From positions 1-57,375 of the forward strand of contig JAFAEH010000150.1 in assembly GCA_023424135.1 (NCBI GenBank): a stretch of 57,375 nt of DNA, given 5' to 3'. The number at the start of each line of letters is the position of its first letter. Positions within the stretch are counted from its first letter, which is position 1. Below, in pieces: positions 9,473 through 18,039 of this stretch. The position numbers and the translations under genes were made by a program. The notes under the pieces were generated by a model. It made no database searches, was not told the origin of the DNA, and worked only from the letters and a program-made list of their open reading frames with translations. The DNA is from Actinomycetes bacterium (lineage in GTDB: Bacteria > Actinomycetota > Actinomycetes > Actinomycetales > Cellulomonadaceae).

Positions 9473-11140
9473 TCACCGCGCCCGCAGCCGCAGCACGCGC
9501 CGTGCCAGGATCAGCGCCCCACCGCCGAGCAGCAGCCAGACCGCGACCGGGACCAGCCCGCCCGTGGCCGCTGCGTGGGCGAGGGTCCAGAGGCGCTCGT
9601 CGCGCTGCGCCGCGGCCAGCTGTGAGCGGGGCGACTCGTCGGCGAGCTCGCTGGCCGTCAGGTCGGTCTCGATGCTGCGGATGGGCACCGCGACGGGTGC
9701 AGTGGCAGGTGCAGGCTCAGGCTGCGGCTGAGGTGCCACCGGCTCGGGCTGGGGCTCCGGCTCGACCACGGGTGGGTCGACGGGCTCCGGCTCGACGGGC
9801 GTCACGGCATCGGTGACCACCAGGGTCAGGGTCGCGGTGTCCCAGGCGCTGTAGTCCGGGCTGTACCCCTCGACCATCACGGTCCAGGTGCCGGCCGTCG
9901 TCGGCAGGACGGTCGCGGTACGTCCGGCACGAACCCATCCCATGCCATCGCGCAGGCTGACCGGGTCCGCGGTGGTGGCGTAGACGAGCAGGTCGTCGAC
10001 GCTCACGCCGGTAGCCGATGCGCCGGTCAGCAGGTCGATGGTCGCGGTCTCGCCGACGGTCAGCTCGACCGTCTGGTCCTGCAGGTCGACTGTCGGGGTC
10101 GCAGCAGCAGGCACCGCCGTCACGGTGAGCGTCGCGGACCCGGTCAGGGTCCGTGCTGAGCCGGTGGCCGTGCCCGTGACGGGGATGATCACCGTGCCGG
10201 GCTCGGTCGGTGTTGCGGTGACCGTCGCACCGGTCTGGGACAGGCCCAGTCCAGCAGGCGCGACGTCGAGCGCGGCCGTCGCGGCCAGAGCCTCGGTGCC
10301 GACCGCTTCGGGCCGGATCTGCGCGCCGGTCAGCAGGTCGACGCTGGCGGACTGGCCCACAGGCACCGTGATGACCTGGTCCTGCAGGTCCAGACCACAG
10401 TCAGTCAGGACCGGAACCGCAGACTGGACGCTCTCGACGGTACCGTCTAGGCGCTCCAGCTCCAGGCGAGCGCTGGTGGTGTCGGATGGCAGCTCGATGA
10501 CCGCATCGACGTGCCAAGTGGCCGGCGCTCCTGCGCCCGCAGGAGGAGCAGGATCTGTTGGATCCGACTGCACGTAGGCACGTGCCGTGCCACGCCCAGG
10601 CGTGGTGGATGTGGTGCCATCGCTGGAGAAGATCTCGGAGCTCCACCGGGCCACAGTCGGTGCGCCCTCGGATGGCGCCAGGCCGACATCTGCGACATGC
10701 GGCGCCAGCTCGTCACGTGTCGTGATGGACGCGTCCTCCGGTGGGGTCGTCCACGACCATGCGGTGACGTCACCACCGGCGGTCTGAGCAACGACTCGGA
10801 CCGCGCTGCCCGCTCGCGGGTTCTCGTAGGGCGTCGGTGCGTACTCGGAGGTCCAGGCGGTCCGAGCGATGAGTCTGATGTCCGCGATTGGCAGCTCGGC
10901 GCAGAAGCCTCCGAGCTGCATCGATCCGCCGGTGGCGAGGCCGCTGGCTGTCACCTCGACGATGCCCGATCCTGAGTCGCTCGGCTCGGTCCAGCTGAAG
11001 GGGCCGGTGGTGACGTCGGGCAGGACGACGAGGTCGCCATCCGCCGCCGTGGCCGGCAGTGCCAGTCCCATGGCTCCTGCTGATGCGACCGCCACGGCAG
11101 CCGCTGCGCCCGCGATACGGGTCGCGATTCGATTCGTCAT
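9473..11140 (-). CDS. Cell-wall-anchored surface protein / putative adhesin
   Basis: Signal peptide; two DLQDQ-starting Ig-like repeats; EP-rich stalk; AATG followed by TM helix and basic tail; AGGAGG RBS. Confidence 0.75.
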   Translation of the reverse strand: MTNRIATRIAGAAAAVAVASAGAMGLALPATAADGDLVVLPDVTTGPFSWTEPSDSGSGIVEVTASGLATGGSMQLGGFCAELPIADIRLIARTAWTSEYAPTPYENPRAGSAVRVVAQTAGGDVTAWSWTTPPEDASITTRDELAPHVADVGLAPSEGAPTVARWSSEIFSSDGTTSTTPGRGTARAYVQSDPTDPAPPAGAGAPATWHVDAVIELPSDTTSARLELERLDGTVESVQSAVPVLTDCGLDLQDQVITVPVGQSASVDLLTGAQIRPEAVGTEALAATAALDVAPAGLGLSQTGATVTATPTEPGTVIIPVTGTATGSARTLTGSATLTVTAVPAAATPTVDLQDQTVELTVGETATIDLLTGASATGVSVDDLLVYATTADPVSLRDGMGWVRAGRTATVLPTTAGTWTVMVEGYSPDYSAWDTATLTLVVTDAVTPVEPEPVDPPVVEPEPQPEPVAPQPQPEPAPATAPVAVPIRSIETDLTASELADESPRSQLAAAQRDERLWTLAHAAATGGLVPVAVWLLLGGGALILARRVLRLRAR

Positions 11141-11357
11141 GTTGTACCTCCTGGTGCCGCTCTGGCTGCGGCGCAGGGCCGCAATCTGACGACCTCCAAC
11201 ATGCGCCGACGCCGCTGGCACCGGTCGTCGGGCAGCAGGAAGGCCCCGCCGTTGGACGGGGCCTTCCACTGTTTATGCAGGTCAGAGCGCTGAAGATCGA
11301 TCCGTGGCGTGCAAGAGCGGTGTCATGCGCGGTCACAACGTGACCGGGCGCTGCGGC

Positions 11358-12248
11358 TCACTCAGCGACGGCCTCCAGGGCCATGACGGTGACGAAGGAG
11401 CCCACGGTGACCGTCGCGGACGGGTCGGCGTCGGCGTCCGCCCAGACCACCAGTGCGTCGGCGTACCCCTCACCTGTCGACACGAGCTCGACGTGCCAGC
11501 CGGCGCCCTCCACCACCCAGTCGAAGGCCCTGCGGTCGGTGTCGGGCAGCTGGATCTTGACTGGTGCAGCGCCCGGGACGATGACCGACGTGGGGGCGCA
11601 TTCGACGTCGCCGTCCATGTCCAGATCCATCCACCGAGACAGGACCAGGCAGGCCGTCATCTCCTCATCGCCAAGCGTGAGGGGGATCTCGTAGACCTCG
11701 ATCGGGTCTGCGATGAGCGGCAGCCAGCCGTCCGAGGTGCGCGCCTGTACCTCGACGTCGTACGTCGAGCCGCTCTGGACGAATCCGGTCACCACCGCGC
11801 CCAGCGGGCCGCGCTGGGTGAGCGCGCCGGAGGCCACGCGGATCTGCTCGAGGCCGCTGTTCCCCGCCAGCGCTGACAGGTCCAGCACGGCGTCGCTCCC
11901 GGTCGGGATCGTCGGCACGGACGCCGGAGCCGTGAGCAGCCCGCTACTCAGGTCGACTGGACGCACATCGTCCTGGTGCGACCGAGTCGGCCCGTCCAGC
12001 GTGGCCGGGTCGAAGGCCCCGCCGAGCCCCTTGCTCGCGTCGTCGGTCGGCTCACCACCGGGATCGGTGGTCTGCGTGGGCGAGGACACCGGTGGAGGCG
12101 TCGCCACGGGCTCGCTGCCGCCGCCCAGCCTGCTGCCGACAGCGATGCCGACGACCAGCAGCAGGACGGCGCCGACCGCGACGGCGACGGGCACGAGCTG
12201 GCGGCGGGACGGGGCGGACGCGGGGGTTGGGGCGCTCTCGTTCACCAT
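11358..12248 (-). CDS. Membrane-anchored hypothetical protein
   Basis: N-terminal TM helix; AGGAGG RBS; overlaps the FtsK stop codon. Confidence 0.7.
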   Translation of the reverse strand: MVNESAPTPASAPSRRQLVPVAVAVGAVLLLVVGIAVGSRLGGGSEPVATPPPVSSPTQTTDPGGEPTDDASKGLGGAFDPATLDGPTRSHQDDVRPVDLSSGLLTAPASVPTIPTGSDAVLDLSALAGNSGLEQIRVASGALTQRGPLGAVVTGFVQSGSTYDVEVQARTSDGWLPLIADPIEVYEIPLTLGDEEMTACLVLSRWMDLDMDGDVECAPTSVIVPGAAPVKIQLPDTDRRAFDWVVEGAGWHVELVSTGEGYADALVVWADADADPSATVTVGSFVTVMALEAVAE

Positions 12249-13945
12249 GACAGACCTCCTGTTGCGTTGGTTTCCTCCCGATGTGCGGACGGGGTGGCGA
12301 GCTCGTCACCCCAGGGGATTGCACGGTCCGCAGACGCGGCGTCCGCGAAGGCGGCGTCGTCCCAGTTGAGGTCGACGGTGCCCAGGTCCAGCTCCTCGAC
12401 CTCCGCCTCGAGCTCGTCCTCGACGGCGTCCGACATCGCCTCGACACCCCACTGCGTCGCCGTCGGAACGCCACGAGAGCGCAGGAGGGCAGCGAGCGTC
12501 GCCGTCGGTTCGTAGCCGACGCGCATGACACTGACGCCGCCGCCCTCGCCCGCCGTCACAGCGAGACCAGGGGTGGGTGGGTCGCCGAAGGCCGCCAGCG
12601 CGGTGTGCGCCTCGTCGATCTGATCCCCTGCGAAGAGCATCCCGAGTGCTGTCTTCGAGACGGGGTTCTTCGGTGGGCTGAGTTGCACGGCGCTGGACAG
12701 CAGGGACCTGAGCTCACCGCCGATGATCGCGGCGTCCGGCCGCTGGGTCGCGATGACGAGGTGGATGCCGACGAATCGCATCTCGCGCGCCAACTTCCCC
12801 AGCAGGTAATGCGTCATCGTCGTATCGGCCACGAGCTGCTTCATCTCGAGCTGTTCGTCGCTGTCCTTCTCTAGGCCGTTGACGACCTTCGAGTCGGGCA
12901 TGACCAGCAGCGAGCTCGCCTCGTCCACGATGAGCAGCAGCGGACGCACGCGCTCACGCTCACGCACATCGGCAGGCAGCCGGTCCCAGCGATCCGCACC
13001 GTGTCGGGCGAGGATCTGCCGACGGCGCGTCCCCTCCGCGTACACGGCCTGCAGCGTCTCTCGGACCTGTGCCATGGAGTCGGTGCCCCAGGCCGAGATC
13101 CACGGCGCCAGGGCCCCGAAGTCGGTCCGCCCCTTAGATGGGTCGACGACCACGACGACGTCGAAGCCGCGCATGAGCGCGCCCGCAGCGAGGCAGTTGA
13201 TGCCCACGCTCTTACCGCTGCCAGGAGGCCCCACGAGGATCGCGTGCGGGCCAAGCTCAAGATCGAGCGATACGACCTCGCCGTCAGGACCGACACCAAG
13301 CGGCAGCCGGGTCCAGTCGGCGGGGTCGAGGCTGTCCGGCAGGAGGTCGGCGAGCGGGACGGTCGCGGGGAGCTTCGGCTGGTCGCGACGCTCCAGCACG
13401 ATGCGTCCGTCCCAGGAGCCTTCACTCAGCGCCCACCACGCTGCAACGCCCGGCAGGGAGTAGAGCGCGGCCGTGGCATCACGGCCACCGGGATGCCGGA
13501 TGACCTCGTAGCTCTGCGGGAGTCCATCCGCACCCCAGATGCACCGGACGTCCACCTCCCAGGGCGATCCGCCGACCCCGTAGGCGCCTGCCAACCGGTC
13601 ACGGACGGCAGTATCGAAGCTGCCTGCCCAGCAGGCCCGAGCGCGGCGCTCCAGCGGCGCCCACTCGGCCAGGCGTGCGCCTGCCTCGCGCAGCACGCGG
13701 TCGACGGCCTCGGCAGCCCCCTTCGCGTCCCAGCTGGCCACAGCCTCGCTGACGTCCCACGACTCCGGCGCGTCCTCGCCCAGGGTCACGACCTGGCAGC
13801 CCTGGCGGTCCGCAGCGGGCGCGACGGCCACGATCTGCAGGCCGCGCTCGGGGTGGGCGCTGCGCGCCGCACCGATGAGCCCGGCCGCACCGTTGGGACG
13901 GCTCGTGGTGCCCTCCGGCACGACGACGGTGACTGGCGCGCTCAT
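12242..13945 (-). CDS. FtsK/SpoIIIE-family ATPase (TraB-like translocase or coupling protein)
   Basis: Walker A GPPGSGKS; Walker B LLIVDE; IATQRPDA..GGELR; acidic C-terminal tail. Confidence 0.88.
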   Translation of the reverse strand: MSAPVTVVVPEGTTSRPNGAAGLIGAARSAHPERGLQIVAVAPAADRQGCQVVTLGEDAPESWDVSEAVASWDAKGAAEAVDRVLREAGARLAEWAPLERRARACWAGSFDTAVRDRLAGAYGVGGSPWEVDVRCIWGADGLPQSYEVIRHPGGRDATAALYSLPGVAAWWALSEGSWDGRIVLERRDQPKLPATVPLADLLPDSLDPADWTRLPLGVGPDGEVVSLDLELGPHAILVGPPGSGKSVGINCLAAGALMRGFDVVVVVDPSKGRTDFGALAPWISAWGTDSMAQVRETLQAVYAEGTRRRQILARHGADRWDRLPADVRERERVRPLLLIVDEASSLLVMPDSKVVNGLEKDSDEQLEMKQLVADTTMTHYLLGKLAREMRFVGIHLVIATQRPDAAIIGGELRSLLSSAVQLSPPKNPVSKTALGMLFAGDQIDEAHTALAAFGDPPTPGLAVTAGEGGGVSVMRVGYEPTATLAALLRSRGVPTATQWGVEAMSDAVEDELEAEVEELDLGTVDLNWDDAAFADAASADRAIPWGDELATPSAHREETNATGGLSW

Positions 13946-14349
13946 CGTGCCACCACCCCGATCAGGCGCCGCATGTGCCCGTCACGCGGGCCGCGCACCG
14001 TCTGCGTGGCGCGGACGTGGGTCATCGTCACCCGGCGGCTGCCCTCCAGGTCCACTGCGGGTGCCTGCGGACGGGTGCGAGGCGCGTCGATGACCGTGGA
14101 GAGGTCGCCAGCGTCTGCGGCCTCACGCATCCGTGTCAGCGCGCGCTCCGCGGCGGTCAGGTCGGCGGAGTCGTACCGCCCTACGGCGAGGTCATCCGCG
14201 AATCGGAGCATCCAGCTCCGCGTCGCGACCGCCCCCATGAGCGCCAGCTCGGACCCGCCAGAGGCCTGGTCGACCTCGCGGTCCGCCGCCCTGGCGAGCT
14301 CGCGCGCCTGCCGGATGAGCGCGTAGCGACGAGTCAGGAGGTCTGTCAT
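13942..14349 (-). CDS. Hypothetical protein with shared basic C-terminal tag
   Basis: ATGA overlaps on both sides; tail PAVDLE...VRATQTVRGPRDGHMRR. Confidence 0.75.
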   Translation of the reverse strand: MTDLLTRRYALIRQARELARAADREVDQASGGSELALMGAVATRSWMLRFADDLAVGRYDSADLTAAERALTRMREAADAGDLSTVIDAPRTRPQAPAVDLEGSRRVTMTHVRATQTVRGPRDGHMRRLIGVVAR

Positions 14350-14594
14350 GCCGCACCTCCGAGCACGCCGTCGACGGTGCGCGCCTGGTCTGCTGGCGGG
14401 TAGAGGACGACGAGGCGGTTCTCCTCGGTCACGAGCACGAGATCGCTGAGGGTGCCGTCGTCACGGACCAGGAGGGCGCCGGTCTCGGCCAGGCGCCGGT
14501 CAGTGACCGGCGTGCTGTCGGTGCCGGTCGGGGGCTTCCAGCCGGCGGCCAGTGCGGCTGCTCGGGTCGGGAAGATCTGGGTCGTGGTGGTCAT
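14346..14594 (-). CDS. Small hypothetical protein
   Basis: GAGGAG RBS; ATGA overlap. Confidence 0.6.
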   Translation of the reverse strand: MTTTTQIFPTRAAALAAGWKPPTGTDSTPVTDRRLAETGALLVRDDGTLSDLVLVTEENRLVVLYPPADQARTVDGVLGGAA

Positions 14595-14617
14595 CGTGCT
14601 CTCCTCTCGTCAGGGGT

Positions 14618-14650
14618 GGCGGGGGCCGGTGTGAGCGGCCGGCCCCCGCC
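14618..14650 (-). terminator. Hairpin after the 14660-15544 gene
   Basis: GGCGGGGGCCGG-N9-CCGGCCCCCGCC. Confidence 0.55.
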
Positions 14651-14659
14651 GGGTCGGGG

Positions 14660-15544
14660 TCAGCGCTTCAGCTGCCGGCGGACATGCGCCTGGCGGGGAC
14701 CGCGTGCGGTCTGCGTGGCGCGGACGGGCACCGTCGCGACGTGCAGAGGCGCCTCGAGGTCGACTGCCGGACCGCCGGTCGTGGGTGCAGGACCGTCACC
14801 GTCAGGGCCGCTGCCGCCGTCGGGGCCGTCCTCGTCGTCCTCGTCCTCGTCGTCGTCCTCGGCGAGGTCGTCGAGGTACTCCTGCTCCTCGACCCCCCAG
14901 CGGGCGATGGCAGCGTCCACGTCAGCTTCGATCTCGTCCGCTGACAAGTCGCCGGCGTAGAGCTCGTTGGCCGCGTCGCTGAAGCGCGTCTCGTACACGC
15001 TGCCGCTGGGATAGGCGCGCTCGACCTCCAGATCAGTCCCGCTCCAGCGCCAGGACAGGCCAGGTGTGGCCGCCGCCACACGATCGAGCGCGTCGCTCAG
15101 ATCGTCGCTCGCCTCCTCAGTAGCTTCCTCGATCCAAGCCATCTGGCGCTGTCCGCCCGGCTCCCAGGCGTTTTCCTCGACCGCCTGGCGCAGCGCGACG
15201 AGCACGGCCGGCCCGTCCTCGTCCTCGTCGTAGCCGCCGTCGAACTCCGCGACCGTGTTCGAGCCGTCGAAACCGCTCGAGTAGGCATCGACGGCCGCCT
15301 GAGCCTGGCGGCGGATGGCCTCCAGAAGCTCGTTGTAGGCCTGTGCGCTCATGGCCGGGACCTCGATCTGCCGGACGTGCCCGTGCCAGACATCCGACGG
15401 GGTGCCGGATCGATCGGCGTCGTAGTGCTGGACGCTGAGCTCGCCGGTGCGCAGGTCGAGCTCGACGCAGCTCTCCTCGCGGGGGTCGTCGAGGTCGTAG
15501 AACGGCTCCGCGTCGCGGGCCGGGGTGATTCTGATCTCTGCCAC
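14660..15544 (-). CDS. Acidic hypothetical protein with shared basic C-terminal tag (alternative start 15580)
   Basis: D/E-rich body; tail PAVDLE...VRATQTARGPRQAHVRR. Confidence 0.75.
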   Translation of the reverse strand: MAEIRITPARDAEPFYDLDDPREESCVELDLRTGELSVQHYDADRSGTPSDVWHGHVRQIEVPAMSAQAYNELLEAIRRQAQAAVDAYSSGFDGSNTVAEFDGGYDEDEDGPAVLVALRQAVEENAWEPGGQRQMAWIEEATEEASDDLSDALDRVAAATPGLSWRWSGTDLEVERAYPSGSVYETRFSDAANELYAGDLSADEIEADVDAAIARWGVEEQEYLDDLAEDDDEDEDDEDGPDGGSGPDGDGPAPTTGGPAVDLEAPLHVATVPVRATQTARGPRQAHVRRQLKR

Positions 15545-15745
15545 GTCGTCTCTCCCTCTGCCCCCGTAGGGGGCGGTCATCTACCTGGACGTCACTCAAC
15601 ATGCGCCGACTCATCGCGCCCCCACCCCGCACATGAGAGGAACCCGGCCGCTTGGACCGGGTTCTTCAGTGTTTGTGCAGGTCAGAAGCGTGTTTGGGTG
15701 TGTGATACCGAGCCGTCGGGTGCAATGCGCGGTCGCCTGGTGTCC

Positions 15746-16183
15746 CTACTCGCCGCCCTCGTCTCCGGGGTGGATCTCGTGCACCGCAGCGGTGACGCGG
15801 TTGCCCCGCTGCGCGGACTCGTAGGCGGACGCCACATCGGTGAGCAGGCGTCCGATCTGGCCCAGGTGCCGGTCGACGACGCGCGAGATGTCGGTCTCGT
15901 CGAAGATCGGTCCGCTCGGCCGGAACCACGCCGCAGCCCGCTCGGCGTGCGGGCGCACCGCATCAAGGAGCCGGCCGAGCTCGTCAGCCGGCAGGGGCGG
16001 CACGGGCCAGCCGATGGCGTGCCCGACGAGCTGGACGTCGCCGGTCGTGACCAGACCGGTCGCGAGGTCGACGGTGAGCAGGTCGTCATAGCTGACCTCC
16101 GTCACCGGGCCGCCGTCGAGGCGATCTGCGAGGTCGGTCAGCCACTGCACGATGCGCGGCTGCGGGGTGTCGGTTGCGGTCAT
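15746..16183 (-). CDS. Hypothetical protein
   Basis: AGGAG RBS before ATG at 16183. Confidence 0.6.
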   Translation of the reverse strand: MTATDTPQPRIVQWLTDLADRLDGGPVTEVSYDDLLTVDLATGLVTTGDVQLVGHAIGWPVPPLPADELGRLLDAVRPHAERAAAWFRPSGPIFDETDISRVVDRHLGQIGRLLTDVASAYESAQRGNRVTAAVHEIHPGDEGGE

Positions 16184-16203
16184 GGTGTCTCCTGTCGTCG
16201 AGG

Positions 16204-16974
16204 TCATCGGGCACCTACTCGGCGGACGTGCGCATCCCGGTGGACGCCATCGCGGGTGGTCGTGGCGCGGACGTGGACCGTGCGGACCCCACGCGGGGCC
16301 TCGAGGTCCGCGGCGGGGGCCGTGGTGGCCCAGCGAGGCGTCCAGCTCTCGTCCTGCCACGGGTCATAGGCGGCGGGTGCAGGAGCCACAGCGGCAGCGG
16401 CACGGGCAGCGGTGCGCTCACGCTCGACGCGGCGCTCCTCGCGCATCTCACGGATGCCGGCGGGGATGTCGTGCACGAGGTAGCGGCCGAGCGCCTTCGC
16501 ATCCTGGCCGCGGTTGTAGGCCCAGGCCTTCGCCACGCGGCCGACGTACGCGGCGCCATTGCGGGCCTTGCGAGCGGCCCAGCCACGCAGACGCTGACCG
16601 ACGGTGGGCCTGGTGCGCCGCTCGACGTACGTCGAGTACGCGGCCAGAGCCCGGCGCGCCCGGCGGTCCATCAGACCGGCACCCGGCCCGCGCCAGGCGG
16701 CAGCCTGCCTGATCGGCTTGACGGTCCGATTCAGGTCGCGGACGAGCTCACGCCTCTCCTTGTCCGTCAGCCGACGGCGCACCTGAGTGGCCATCTGACC
16801 CTCCGGCGGCTTCCACCCCGCGGGCTGCTGAGTGCTGCGGACCTTCCCCGTGGCCGGGTTGAGCACGATCCACGTCACGCGCTTCTCCTGACCGCCCCGC
16901 TGCGCACCGGCGCGCCGTGCGCCGCGCTGCGCGGCCCACGGGTCCACGGGGCGCGTCGTCTGCTGTGTCGCCAT
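16204..16974 (-). CDS. Arg-rich hypothetical protein with shared basic C-terminal tag
   Basis: GAGGAG RBS; tail PAADLE...VRATTTRDGVHRDAHVRR. Confidence 0.7.
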   Translation of the reverse strand: MATQQTTRPVDPWAAQRGARRAGAQRGGQEKRVTWIVLNPATGKVRSTQQPAGWKPPEGQMATQVRRRLTDKERRELVRDLNRTVKPIRQAAAWRGPGAGLMDRRARRALAAYSTYVERRTRPTVGQRLRGWAARKARNGAAYVGRVAKAWAYNRGQDAKALGRYLVHDIPAGIREMREERRVERERTAARAAAAVAPAPAAYDPWQDESWTPRWATTAPAADLEAPRGVRTVHVRATTTRDGVHRDAHVRRVGAR

Positions 16975-17004
16975 GTCGTGCTCCTCTCAGGTGCGGGTGG
17001 TTGG

Positions 17005-17826
17005 TCAGCGCTTGCGCCGCTGCTCGCGGGTGTAGGTGTAGCCATCGACGCGCTTGCCCTGCCGCGTGTGCGCGGGGACGTGGACGACGTCCACGACCGT
17101 CACCTGCTCGAGGTTGGGGCTGACGCCGATGTAGTGGGCGAATCCGTCGAAATGCCCCGCGTCGATCGCGTTGACGAGCCCGTAGTAGTCGTCGTGGGGG
17201 TCGTGACGGCCACGTGCGTCGGTGATGGTGCCGGTTTCGCGGTGGATGCCCTTCCGGTTCCATCCGGCACGGCTGTAACCATCGGGGCCGTAGAGGTCGC
17301 CGGTCTCGCGGTGGTGGCCACGGAAGTCGAAGCCGCCGCGGTCGAAGCCGGCCTGGTCGTACCCCTCGAAGTCGTACCGGCCCTCCCACCGGGGGTTGTA
17401 CCCCGAGCGGTCGAAACCGCGCCGGTCGAGGCCGCGGCGGCTGTAGCCGTCCTCGCCGTAGTAGGTGCCGGTCCGCTGGTGGCGCCCGGCGGCATCGAAG
17501 CCGCCGGGGTCGACCTCACTGCCGGTGTCCCGGTGGACCGCGCGGATGTCGAAGCCGGCGCGGTCGAAGCCAGCGCGGTCGTACCCGTACTCGTCGAAGC
17601 CCTCGCCATCGAAGCCGTTGCGGGGGTTGCCGGCGCGGTCGCGACCGTAGGAGTCGAACCCCTCGCGGTCGTAACCATCGGCGTCGAGACCGGACATCCG
17701 GTAGCCGTCCGCGTCGTAGCCCGCCCGGGTGTACCCGTGCCGGTTGAAGCCGGCGCGGTTGTAGCCGAACCGGTCCCGCCCGTCGGCGTCGAAGCCGTCG
17801 GCGTCAAACGTCCGTGCCATGGTCAT
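17005..17826 (-). CDS. G-[FY]-[DN]-x-x pentapeptide-repeat protein with a divergent basic C-terminal tag
   Basis: About 25 GFDxx/GYDxx-like repeats; tail NLE...VHVPAHTRQGKRVDGY...RRKR. Confidence 0.75.
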   Translation of the reverse strand: MTMARTFDADGFDADGRDRFGYNRAGFNRHGYTRAGYDADGYRMSGLDADGYDREGFDSYGRDRAGNPRNGFDGEGFDEYGYDRAGFDRAGFDIRAVHRDTGSEVDPGGFDAAGRHQRTGTYYGEDGYSRRGLDRRGFDRSGYNPRWEGRYDFEGYDQAGFDRGGFDFRGHHRETGDLYGPDGYSRAGWNRKGIHRETGTITDARGRHDPHDDYYGLVNAIDAGHFDGFAHYIGVSPNLEQVTVVDVVHVPAHTRQGKRVDGYTYTREQRRKR

Positions 17827-18039
17827 CCCCTACCTATCTGCCCCGTGAGGGGCTGGTCGTACTGCCGGTCGAGGTGATCCACCTCTACCTATCTTTCATG
17901 CGCCGACTTGGCAGGCGGGCTCCTGGCGCCGCACGGAACTCCGGGGCGGAACGGGGTTCTCAGCCCCTCTGACCAGCACAAACAACCGTGAGACTGAGCC
18001 GTCGTGTGCAATCCGCGGTCACGCGGTGTCCGAGCGCTG

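Noticed and set aside
13942..16330. Shared tails as diversity-generating retroelement TR/VR repeats
   Set aside because: No reverse transcriptase in the window, and the differences are not adenine-specific
17300..17810. DNA tandem repeat or array
   Set aside because: The 15-bp periodicity is explained by the pentapeptide-repeat protein
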